From positions 640,001 to 704,000 of the forward strand of contig CAWCYI010000004.1 of the NCBI GenBank assembly GCA_963799845.1: a DNA stretch of 64,000 nt. The letters run 5' to 3'. The translations under genes were made by a program, and so were the position numbers. The notes under the pieces were generated by a model, which did no database searches, was not told the DNA's origin, and saw only the letters and a program-made list of their open reading frames with translations. Position 1 is the stretch's first letter. Every line of letters begins with the position of its first letter. Shown here one piece after another: positions 9,691-18,359 of the stretch. The DNA is from an uncultured Nitrososphaerota archaeon (GTDB taxonomy: Archaea; Thermoproteota; Nitrososphaeria; Nitrososphaerales; CADDZS01).

Positions 9691-10051
9691 ATCTGCTGAA
9701 TGGTTTCGCGATAAGCTGGGTTTCGAAATAGTAGAAAATCAGGGGCACGCAGTATTTGTGAAACCGCTAGGTTCGCAGACAATTCTCATTCATCTCTGCG
9801 GAAAGTGTCACGACTGGCAGAATGATCAACCTGGTGGTCGTACCGGAATCTGGTTCCAGTGCGGGGAGGGCATCATGTTCAGAACTGAAAAAGGCCGACT
9901 AATCCCGTGCAGTAAGCCGGAAAACGTCGAGAAGACCTACTATGTTTTGAAGGAGAAGGGAGTCGAATTCGTCGAAGACCTTGCTGTCACGAATTGGGGA
10001 ATGCAGGCGATATTCAAAGACCTCGATGAAAACGAATTCGAAATATCGTGA
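9665..10051 (+). pseudogene. VOC/glyoxalase family protein, 3' part (host sequence from 9687; in-frame ATG at 9665 comes from the IS)
   Basis: KSAEWFRDKLGF, LKEKGVEFV, WGMQAIFKDLDENEFEI. Confidence 0.85.
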
Positions 10052-10418
10052 CCTTTTGCTAAGTTCTTCATATACTAGTTATCATTGTTTTTTAAAGGTA
10101 GGAATGATTTACTACCATTGTTTTTCACGCATTACGCACGATCGCCTAACTATTTGTCAACCTTGATACGTGCTAATGCTTTATCAGTTCGTTCGTGCAC
10201 AAGCCCGCAAACGCTCTAGACTGACGTTATCTTCGTCAGCATTAACGATATACAATTGGGTGCGGAAGTAATATTCCCTGGACGTGTATGCATTTCTTTT
10301 CAGCGAAGAAGCGTTCATGAGTACCTGATGATCAAGAGTTTAACTGTGTTATTCCGTTATTTCAAAAATCCTCCGATAACAGAATAACAGAGACACCTTC
10401 CAATCATGCTTCTTCTAC

Positions 10419-11169
10419 TCATGGGCTCAACGCCATCGTCCCCATCCCGCCAAAACCGACTATTTCGCCGTCCGAAAGGGGGAGTTGAAGGGAGCAACTC
10501 GAGGCAATAAAGAACCCCTCGAAGTCGCTCGCGTTGACCTGAGCTGTACCATATCCTACTGAAAACGGAATCAGTCCAGGGCACGGTTCGTAGTAGGAGA
10601 GCGTATAGAAGCCCTTGGCTTGAGCAGTCGCGGTGATCGTATAGTTGACGATTATTCGCGATTGGTTGAATCCCGCAGGGATGGTCAGAATACTGGGAGT
10701 CGCCGTCTCAGAGATTCCTGGAGCGGGGGAATAAGAGTAGGAGTAGCCACCTCCGATGCTCGAAGCATTTACTTCCAGAATTTGGGAACCGGAAAAGTTG
10801 ATGGTCGCTGGAAGGATCGCGTCGTTTTCCAACTGATAAGCTACACAAAGGGTTGCGGTCGTACCGGACTTCATGAGGAACGTCAGATCGCTTTGCTGGT
10901 TATTGTTTGATTCATTCACCAGTGTCAGCCCGGATGGTGCCAAAGTCGGACAGCTGAGTAGAAGAGACGTAATTCTGAATGACTTCGGAGCCTGTCTCAG
11001 TCAAGTTGAATAATTGGGTCATTGTGTCACTTTGAGTCGAAGTAACCGAGGACAGCAATGTTGTCGTTTCAATCTTGGTTACAGGAAAGATAATTGAGCC
11101 CAGGGCCAGGCCAATAATGAGCATGATGACAGCAACTCCAATTAATGACACAATGGTTGAGCTTTTCAT
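10419..11169 (-). CDS. Membrane-anchored secreted hypothetical protein; frameshifted between about 10945 and 11000
   Basis: ORFs 10912-11169 (signal anchor) and 10419-10943 (beta-rich, Cys-containing) overlap in adjacent frames. Confidence 0.6.
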
Positions 11170-11968
11170 CTATCCTGATTTTCAGACGAAAGCATCCTAT
11201 AAGGTTCTGGTTTTTGGAACAGTGTGAACGATAATTCCAATTACTAACTGTTCGTTGAAATGCGACTTGATACAGATGAAGAATTTGTAGAGGAATATCT
11301 GTAGCTCTCCGTGTGGCACAGGGTGAGCACTTGCGTTGTATTGTTCTGAGTAACAGTGGCGGCGGCAGTGCAAGTCTGGTTAGAATTCGTAGATTTAATC
11401 GTCGTGTCATTCGATGTTTGTGGAGTGGATGTAGTACATGGGAATGATGGCAAGAAAACTTGGATGATAATGTTAAGTCCATTCACTATGACAACGCCAG
11501 AATTAGGCGTGAGCCCTGAAGATGGGTGAATAGTGTAGCTGTAAGTTCCTGATGCCACGAAGAAAGTTATTGTTGAGAGATTCGCATAATCGGTTCCCGC
11601 GTTCCATTGATTGTCTGGTATCGGAAGTGTTGCATTGAATGGTTGGGCTTTAGTCTCGTTACCCAGTGTTACTGACCACTCTGCGAGGTAGGATGGATTG
11701 CAAGGAGTTTCAGGGGTTTCAATAAATGTCAAGTTGTATAGCCGGGCTTGAGCAGTTGTTACTGTGAAAGTCGTAGTTGAAGTAAAGGAGGAAAGCAATG
11801 TTGTTGTTTCAATCTTAGTCATTGGGAACATGACAGAACCAAGAGTAGTACCTACGACGAGCATGATGGCCCCTACTCCAACTAATGATAGAACGACTGA
11901 TCTTTTCATTAATCTTGATTTTCACACCGAGGAATCGTATAAGGTTCTAGTCTCCAGAACAGCGTGCA
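11048..11968. repeat. Diverged ~180-bp direct duplication (11048-11228 and 11788-11968) covering promoter and N-terminal anchor
   Basis: e.g. GCAATGTTGTyGTTTCAATCTT and TGATTTTCA..TATAAGGTTCT at a constant 740-bp offset; both proteins contain FPxTKIETTTLLSS. Confidence 0.85.
11244..11909 (-). CDS. Membrane-anchored Ser/Thr-rich surface protein with a thermopsin-C-terminal/PEGA-like beta repeat
   Basis: TM anchor; LYNLTFIET..WSVTLGNET..ITFFVASGTYSYTI..NSGVVIVNG resembles the repeat seen in acidophilic archaeal surface proteins. Confidence 0.65.
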   Translation of the reverse strand: MKRSVVLSLVGVGAIMLVVGTTLGSVMFPMTKIETTTLLSSFTSTTTFTVTTAQARLYNLTFIETPETPCNPSYLAEWSVTLGNETKAQPFNATLPIPDNQWNAGTDYANLSTITFFVASGTYSYTIHPSSGLTPNSGVVIVNGLNIIIQVFLPSFPCTTSTPQTSNDTTIKSTNSNQTCTAAATVTQNNTTQVLTLCHTESYRYSSTNSSSVSSRISTNS

Positions 11969-12080
11969 ATAGGATGCTAAGCAGGCAAACGTTCTCCCAA
12001 TCAGAACGTTCTTGCTCTCGAATAGTGTCAAATAATAGGAGTTTCCATGAAAGGGGCAATTGTAATCCGGCGTTCAATAA

Positions 12081-13202
12081 TTGGTTATCCCACGCAGAGC
12101 AGCTCTAGTGGCTTTCATCCCACTAATGATGATTCTCGCTTTATTTGGCACTTATCTGTATGCCGCAGTTCCTTCTTCTTCCAATATCAATGAGACAACC
12201 GCGACGAATGCTACCTCTTCTACGGCGCCTTTACTGACCAACATTTCTTTGTACCAATTCACCGCTCCTGTAATTCAACGTTATTCTAATCTGCCACATG
12301 GTGCGCCTCAATATTATCCAAGCGTGACTTATGATGAGCTGAACTTTAGAATTCTCCTTCCCTTGAGCTTGTTTCCTATTTCGGATTCTCATACCAGTTA
12401 TTTCTACTTGGATGGCATCCAACTGGGTTGTGATGGGGTTTCACTGGTTCCTTCCCCGGGAATTAATTCTGCCCAAGTTGAGAGTTTCGCATGTGAACTG
12501 TTGGGGCTGTATCCGATTGGTTCACTTCACAATCTGACCGTCATAATTACAAGCATGAACGGCACTACCTTTCGTCTCCAAACCAGCGCCGTTCTTACCT
12601 ATTACGAAGGTCCTTCCGCACCTGCAACAGTCCAAACAACTAACTCAACTCTCGGACTTCAACTTGTACTATCGCTAAACACAACGACAATGCAATCGGG
12701 TCAAACGGTCAACGTTACAGCTCTCATACTGAATACTCTACCCAAGGAAAACAATATCTCGGGTGCGAATGAATGGGCAATCCCTTCTGTGCCAAGTACG
12801 ACTTCCTTTCCATGTGCCACATTTCTTTACTACCAAGTATTCCAGGGGTACTATTCTCAATCGAATTTGTCGTCCGCTGGAATGCTACTCCAAGTTTCTC
12901 CGGTTTTCCAATTTCTTTCTTGTCCGATCTTTCAAAGAAGCTACTACCTCTTCCAACCTTACAGTGCATCTGCCGCAGTCCCCATTGGATTTTCTAATGT
13001 AAGCTCAAGCACTTTGTATCAGGTTACGCCAATGTCAATTTCGGGCTATCTTTCGGGAAATTACAGCAGGGTCTATAATTCATCGGTCTTCACTCAAAAT
13101 GGTGCGCTCCCTCCGCCACCATTCAAATCTGGCATCTACACGGTGATCGCCGGGGACGAATGGGGACAGGTTGTCTTGCTTCATTTTACGGTTCGAGGTT
13201 AA
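12081..13202 (+). CDS. Secreted/membrane-anchored hypothetical protein with a C-terminal 'DEWGQ' domain
   Basis: N-terminal TM, many N-glycosylation sequons, domain NSTLGLQLVLSLN...YTVIAGDEWGQVVLLHF. Confidence 0.75.
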   Translation: MVIPRRAALVAFIPLMMILALFGTYLYAAVPSSSNINETTATNATSSTAPLLTNISLYQFTAPVIQRYSNLPHGAPQYYPSVTYDELNFRILLPLSLFPISDSHTSYFYLDGIQLGCDGVSLVPSPGINSAQVESFACELLGLYPIGSLHNLTVIITSMNGTTFRLQTSAVLTYYEGPSAPATVQTTNSTLGLQLVLSLNTTTMQSGQTVNVTALILNTLPKENNISGANEWAIPSVPSTTSFPCATFLYYQVFQGYYSQSNLSSAGMLLQVSPVFQFLSCPIFQRSYYLFQPYSASAAVPIGFSNVSSSTLYQVTPMSISGYLSGNYSRVYNSSVFTQNGALPPPPFKSGIYTVIAGDEWGQVVLLHFTVRG

Positions 13203-13208
13203 CATGAA

Positions 13209-14804
13209 TTGCAGAGCCGCGCCATTTCTAGAATTGCAACGATCGTTATTATCGTAATTGTCATAGTTGCGGCAATTACTGCAGGTTACTTCGTCCTGAA
13301 CTCTACTGCAACTCCGACAACTTCAACAAGTTCAAGCACTTCCTCTTTGCACAGTAGCAGTTCTACGACTTTGGTTAGCAATGCCTGCAATTCAATAGTG
13401 CTCAACGGCGAGAGCTACTGCTCCCTCAACGTAACAAATGATATTGTCCTAGGAGAACCCGGCGAAAGCTATTTCGTCAATGGTACGACTGCGATCAACT
13501 ACATGGGTGTCACTTTCGAACCCTTGTGCCCGACGAATATCCAAGGCTGCCCTAATCAGCAAACCTCCGGAACACTTATGGAGATGTCCAGCGGTGCAAT
13601 CCAAATCAGCCTCACGTTTCCCGATAACAGCACAGCGGTGATCGGATCGATACTTCAAAACGGAGGCGAAGAACCACTTACAATCCTATCAAATCATACC
13701 AACCCGACGGCAGGAGTTTATATTGAATATGTTGCAGCTTCTTCGCACTTTTATGACACTTTTCTGCTTGTCAGCGAGGCGACTTATACAACCACTCTTA
13801 CTCCTTCTACATCGTCCTCTAGTAGTGAACTGCATTCTTCTGCGAGCATTTCAACGATAAATTCCACTCTAGGACTGAAGCTAATCTTGTCCTTAAACTC
13901 TACCATTATCCCCAGTGAGGAAGCGATCAACATTACAGTTCTGCTAGAGAACACTCTAATGACTACGAACAATTTAACAGCGGAAGCCGACTGGCCGATT
14001 TCGGCATCCTCCGGACCTTGTGACGGAGGCGACAGTACCAATAAATTATATGATCCAACTGGCATCGCAATTTTTAGGGGAATTTACGGACTCAATAATA
14101 TCTCAAGTGCAAGCTTCTTACCTGTCTGGGCAGCTATAGAGTGTCCAGCCAACTTTGCCTTCAGTGACAACGGGACCATACTAGGTATCTGGACGAATAT
14201 TACGAATTATTCTCTCCTTCCAGGGTTAGACGGTGGGAGCCGGTCGGGTTACTACAGATCCCAAAGTGGAAACCAAATAGAAGTAACTCTTCCCACAGAG
14301 CTTACCTTTGGCGCTCAATTCTATGCGAACAACGCGACTGGTTTCCAACCGTATAACACACTCACTTCGGCAGTACCGGCGAATTACACCGTCGCCGCAG
14401 CTGATGAATGGGGGCAAATAGTACTAATGCATTTTCAAGTGGTAGCCTCGCACCATCTACCTGTCGTAGGAGAGTTCTTGGATGCTTCGGGAGGCTGCAG
14501 CGCAAGTGGTTATCCCGTTCCTTGTATTGCATCTGAATTCTCCAGTGCAACCATTTTCAACTGTGCTGCTCCTGCACAAACCGTCGCAGGTTGTCAGTTT
14601 GAAGCCAACTCAAGCTCTGGACAAACTCCCACCACGTACACGATCACAGTGGCCTATCCCCGGCTGAATCAAACTGGAGAACCAATCTGGGCAAATTGTC
14701 TGTTCAATGAAAAAGGGGAACCCACGACTTTTGGCTATTGTTTTATGATAAATTCCACGGCTTTTGTCTTCAGCGAGGGAGGGCCTGCTGCCTCGTCTCC
14801 TTGA
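13209..14804 (+). CDS. Secreted/membrane-anchored hypothetical protein, paralogous 'DEWGQ' domain plus Cys-rich modules
   Basis: RAISR-hydrophobic N-terminus, S/T linkers, NSTLGLKLILSLN...YTVAAADEWGQIVLMHF. Confidence 0.78.
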   Translation: MQSRAISRIATIVIIVIVIVAAITAGYFVLNSTATPTTSTSSSTSSLHSSSSTTLVSNACNSIVLNGESYCSLNVTNDIVLGEPGESYFVNGTTAINYMGVTFEPLCPTNIQGCPNQQTSGTLMEMSSGAIQISLTFPDNSTAVIGSILQNGGEEPLTILSNHTNPTAGVYIEYVAASSHFYDTFLLVSEATYTTTLTPSTSSSSSELHSSASISTINSTLGLKLILSLNSTIIPSEEAINITVLLENTLMTTNNLTAEADWPISASSGPCDGGDSTNKLYDPTGIAIFRGIYGLNNISSASFLPVWAAIECPANFAFSDNGTILGIWTNITNYSLLPGLDGGSRSGYYRSQSGNQIEVTLPTELTFGAQFYANNATGFQPYNTLTSAVPANYTVAAADEWGQIVLMHFQVVASHHLPVVGEFLDASGGCSASGYPVPCIASEFSSATIFNCAAPAQTVAGCQFEANSSSGQTPTTYTITVAYPRLNQTGEPIWANCLFNEKGEPTTFGYCFMINSTAFVFSEGGPAASSP

Positions 14805-14824
14805 CTTGCTCCAATCGTTTGATC

Positions 14825-15139
14825 TTATTCTTTGGTATCCTCTCCCTCAATTTCCTCCACGTCTTTTTCTATTGATTCAACGTCTTCCCTGGAGGTGAGC
14901 ACCAACTCTGAAAGCTCATCCTTGATCGCTTCAATGAATGACGGTCGTATGCCAATAGTTATCGCGTCATAGATCTCAGGGTAGGTGTATCGAAAACCGC
15001 GTTTGTTCTTATCAGGGAGCGTTTCAATTAGTTTCCAAGCTTCCTCCAAATAACCTTCAGTTTTGGTATTGGGATTAACAGAGAGAGCTAATGAAACAAA
15101 TTTGCCTACTTCTTTGTAAGTATGTTCGACCGAGTTCAT
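14825..15139 (-). CDS. Hypothetical acidic protein
   Basis: ATG start, 104 aa, fills the gap, TTTATC box about 25 nt upstream; no motif recognised. Confidence 0.5.
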   Translation of the reverse strand: MNSVEHTYKEVGKFVSLALSVNPNTKTEGYLEEAWKLIETLPDKNKRGFRYTYPEIYDAITIGIRPSFIEAIKDELSELVLTSREDVESIEKDVEEIEGEDTKE

Positions 15140-15287
15140 GATGAGTCTTCAGTAGTGTTGGATTGTGATAAACTTCGTTGTTTCAATTGTTAGACAGTGC
15201 GCAATCTGATCCAGACGATCTCATGTTACGGTGATAGAATAAGAAGGCACATAAAGTCCGAATTGGTGTCTGATACTCGAGCTCTTA

Positions 15288-15701
15288 ATGTCGATAACAA
15301 TTAAGATGAAAGTGACCGCTGTCTCAAAGGAAAGCCCGCACATGCCAGGAATGTCGTGGAATAGTGGCCCTTATTCTCAGCTAAACCCTTTTGTCTACCT
15401 CTCTCTAGTCCCTGCTGAACCGAAGAAATTATCTTCTAAACCAAAATCACCAGAAAGGCTTCTTGAGCATCCGACGGAGAAAGTAAGAATCAAATCTGAG
15501 GGCGAGGGAGAAAGAGAGGCTGAGATAATCAGACCAATGGTCCAGTGGAACGAGGCAATGATGCCTTCAGTTCCCGTTGTAGTTACTCTTTCGGCGGAAG
15601 AATTCGAAGGAATTGGAAGACCCACGCTCGGCGACAGACTCACTCTTACTATCCGATTCCCTAAGAGAATTGTTCGACCCCGGAGAAACTTTGAACCCTG
15701 A
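15288..15701 (+). CDS. Arcadin-1-like small beta protein (tentative)
   Basis: IKMKVTAV...VYLSLV...VVVTLSAEEFEGIGRPTLGDRLTLTI resembles the arcadin-1 pattern from memory. Confidence 0.5.
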   Translation: MSITIKMKVTAVSKESPHMPGMSWNSGPYSQLNPFVYLSLVPAEPKKLSSKPKSPERLLEHPTEKVRIKSEGEGEREAEIIRPMVQWNEAMMPSVPVVVTLSAEEFEGIGRPTLGDRLTLTIRFPKRIVRPRRNFEP

Positions 15702-15799
15702 ACGGTTCTATTCCTGACCCGGATTTTACTCCCGGCCGGGTACTCCATACTTGACCGCTTAGGATGCTACATCTGAATTAAAGAAACTAAAGTCATAAC

Positions 15800-16210
15800 T
15801 TGAACAGAATTCAAGATCATGCAGTAGAAGCTTTGTTAGATTATTTCATTCTGGTTTCTGATATTCTCGGAGTCTCAATTATGGGTTATGTGGGAGTTAC
15901 TGGAATGAAATATTTCGTCTATATTTTGAGAACTGCCGACCTCAAAAACCTGAGATTTATCTGGGTGCCTATTGTAATGAGTGGTAGCTTTTTCTTCGTT
16001 GTTGTCTTGGGACTATCGATCAACGACGTTTTCGGCAATTATATTGATACGTCATTTTACTTTGCAATTCATCCTTTCCTTCTCGTTGGAAGCGGATTCT
16101 TTGCCTTAAGCACTTATCGATTCGTCAAAACAGTCAAATCTTACAAGGACTCTAAGAAGCAAGCAGAAATTTCTGTCGAGGAAATGCAGAACGAACTGGC
16201 TAAAAGATGA
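15800..16210 (+). CDS. Hypothetical membrane protein (3 TM)
   Basis: Three hydrophobic segments and a charged tail. Confidence 0.65.
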   Translation: MNRIQDHAVEALLDYFILVSDILGVSIMGYVGVTGMKYFVYILRTADLKNLRFIWVPIVMSGSFFFVVVLGLSINDVFGNYIDTSFYFAIHPFLLVGSGFFALSTYRFVKTVKSYKDSKKQAEISVEEMQNELAKR

Positions 16211-16356
16211 CAAGTCATCCATCCTGACGGTTTCTATCCCTGACCGGCAAGAAAAATTCCATCCCACGCTAGTTAACAGGAAGAATTTCCCACGCAAAGT
16301 TACCAAAACCAAAAATTTTCTGCGTTCGCACGCGGGGAGGTGTTTTCTGAGTGAAG

Positions 16357-16482
16357 AGCTGACGTTCAAGCTCTGTTCAAACCGTTCAGCTTGAAACGAG
16401 CTCTGTTAGCTCGGAAGAGCTTGAAACGAGCTGAACGTAACTTAAAGAGCTCGGAACGAATTGAACGAGGTTCTCGGTAATT
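16357..16482. repeat. Helically phased AGCT array / degenerate 10- and 30-bp tandem repeat
   Basis: AGCT at 16357, 16369, 16388, 16399, 16408, 16418, 16429, 16448; AGCTTGAAACGAGCT at 16388 and 16418; AGCTCTGTT at 16369 and 16399. Confidence 0.85.
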
Positions 16483-16706
16483 GTCGAGTTGATCTTTTCG
16501 TACTGGATTTTCGAGTTTTCGAGGTTGTTCTGGACTTTTCATGGAAATATCAGATCCTCGTCTGATGCCGTGAATCAATGGCGGAAATTTTCACTGTGGT
16601 TTACACGAGCGGGCACATTTTGGCTGAAGAGATTAATTCGATCGAATGTCTTGGAAGTGAGCTAATTCTAGAATCATAACAAAAAAAAGTCAAGATTTCA
16701 CCAACA

Positions 16707-16718
16707 CTCACATGTGAG
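16707..16718. promoter_or_regulatory. 12-bp palindrome upstream of the MFS gene (possible repressor site)
   Basis: CTCACATGTGAG, about 77 bp upstream of the ATG. Confidence 0.4.
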
Positions 16719-16794
16719 CGCAAATGATATCAAGCCTGAGACCGGATTGAACTAGAACTTTACAGAAAACCGTTTTTTGGGACGAGTGCCAAAA

Positions 16795-18285
16795 ATGACA
16801 GAAGAAAAGAATCTGGAAAACACAGCTTCCCAGAAACCAGAAAAAGTATCCTCCCACGCGACAAGAGTTTTGCTCGTTCTCACGGGCGTTGCATTACTCG
16901 TTAACTATGTCGAGACAATGGTCATACCGGGAGTTCCGACGATCCAGAAAGACTTCGCAACTACGGCGACCATCGCATCTTGGATTACTTCCGCATATCT
17001 GATTGTAGGCAGCGCCGTTTCTCCACTTTTTGGAAAGCTTGGAGATATTTACGGCAAGAAAAAGATGTTTCTGATTTCCCTTATTTTCTACATGATCGGC
17101 GTCAGTCTGGCAGGATTTTCGCCGTCGATCTACTTTCTCTTGTTTGCAAGAGCTCTTCAGGGGATTGGCTTTGCGATCATACCGCTGAGCATTGCGATAA
17201 TTACAGAGGTCTATCCAAGGGAGAAAGTAGCAGTCGCTCAGGGCATCCTAAGCGGGACATTCGCGATAGGTGCGTCCTTGGGGCTGATAATTGGTTCCTA
17301 CGTTGTCCAAGATCTAGGCTGGCAGTACGCGTTTCACACCGCACTGGTCCTAAGCATCATTCTGTTTGTCATCGCTGCGAAAGTTCTGAATAAGGACATA
17401 CTGAGAGCCGTTAACAAAGCAGTCGATTATGTCGGAGCAGGGATTTTGATGGCTGGAGTCACGCTGCTACTCCTCTACGTAACTGAAGGCCCGACCTTAG
17501 GATGGTTATCTTTGGAAGAATTGGCCTTCCTCATTCCAGGAGCTTTTCTAACTTTCTTTTTCTTTGTCTTTGAAAGTAAGAGAGCAAATCCGCTGATGAA
17601 CTTGAGTCTGATTCGAATAAGAAATGTGCTAGTTGGAAACCTGGTTGGGATGGTCTCTGGAATTGTAATGTTTCTCCTTTTCTTCGCGGTGGTGTACTAC
17701 GCGCAACTCCCTCCAGGTTTCGGTCTGAATGAGGATATCATTACTGTGGGGTTGACGCTTGCGCCATCAACGCTTGGAATGCTGGTTGGTGGAATCGTTA
17801 CTGGAAGATATCTCGCACGCACTGGTCCGAAACCGATCCTCGTGATCGGATCGGGTCTTCTGAGTGCAGGACTCCTTTTCTTCATTCTGAACCGGTCGAC
17901 GGCGAGTTTTGTCGCGGCGGATCTATTTGTCGCGCTCTTCGGGATTGTCTGCATTCTTGTCCCGCTCGTGAACATGCTCGCAATCTCCCTTCCCCGGGAA
18001 AACGTCGCCGTCGGGTTGGGAATGAATACTATGCTGAGAAATCTTGGGGGAGCAATCGGGCCGGTGGTCGCGACCACGATAATGGCTTCCTATACGACTA
18101 CCGTAGTTGAGCAGATAAGCGGACATAGTGTGCCTGTCGCTTTCCCGACGGCTACTGCTTTCAACATCATTTTCGGAGTCGGAATCGTCCTGGCTGTCGT
18201 GGTACTTGGAATCAGTCTGGCAACAAAGAACTATACTTTCAGGAATGTTCAGAACAATCCCGCGATGACTAGCTCTGCAAAATAA
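16795..18285 (+). CDS. MFS transporter (14-TM DHA2-like)
   Basis: Motif A GKLGDIYGKKK, ARALQGIG, about 14 TM helices. Confidence 0.92.
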   Translation: MTEEKNLENTASQKPEKVSSHATRVLLVLTGVALLVNYVETMVIPGVPTIQKDFATTATIASWITSAYLIVGSAVSPLFGKLGDIYGKKKMFLISLIFYMIGVSLAGFSPSIYFLLFARALQGIGFAIIPLSIAIITEVYPREKVAVAQGILSGTFAIGASLGLIIGSYVVQDLGWQYAFHTALVLSIILFVIAAKVLNKDILRAVNKAVDYVGAGILMAGVTLLLLYVTEGPTLGWLSLEELAFLIPGAFLTFFFFVFESKRANPLMNLSLIRIRNVLVGNLVGMVSGIVMFLLFFAVVYYAQLPPGFGLNEDIITVGLTLAPSTLGMLVGGIVTGRYLARTGPKPILVIGSGLLSAGLLFFILNRSTASFVAADLFVALFGIVCILVPLVNMLAISLPRENVAVGLGMNTMLRNLGGAIGPVVATTIMASYTTTVVEQISGHSVPVAFPTATAFNIIFGVGIVLAVVVLGISLATKNYTFRNVQNNPAMTSSAK

Positions 18286-18294
18286 GCACAAAAC

Positions 18295-18333
18295 ATATAA
18301 CATTACAGTAATTCTACTGTAATACTACAGTCC
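18295..18333 (+). promoter_or_regulatory. radA promoter: TATA (ATATAA) followed by tandem TTACWGTAA-like boxes
   Basis: ATATAA 18295-18300; TTACAGTAA 18303, CTACTGTAA 18314, CTACAGTcc 18325; perfect inverted repeat ATTACAGTA-N4-TACTGTAAT. Confidence 0.7.
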
Positions 18334-18359
18334 GAAAAGGCGTAGGAAAGAAACAAGAA

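Noticed and set aside
16357-16482. AGCT array as a CRISPR array or as ORF 16366-16578
   Set aside because: No constant repeat with unique spacers and no cas genes; the ORF's repetitive RFKL peptide is a by-product of the DNA repeat
16210-16790. Replication origin call
   Set aside because: No recognisable ORB boxes and no cdc6/orc1 in the window; kept only as a hypothesis
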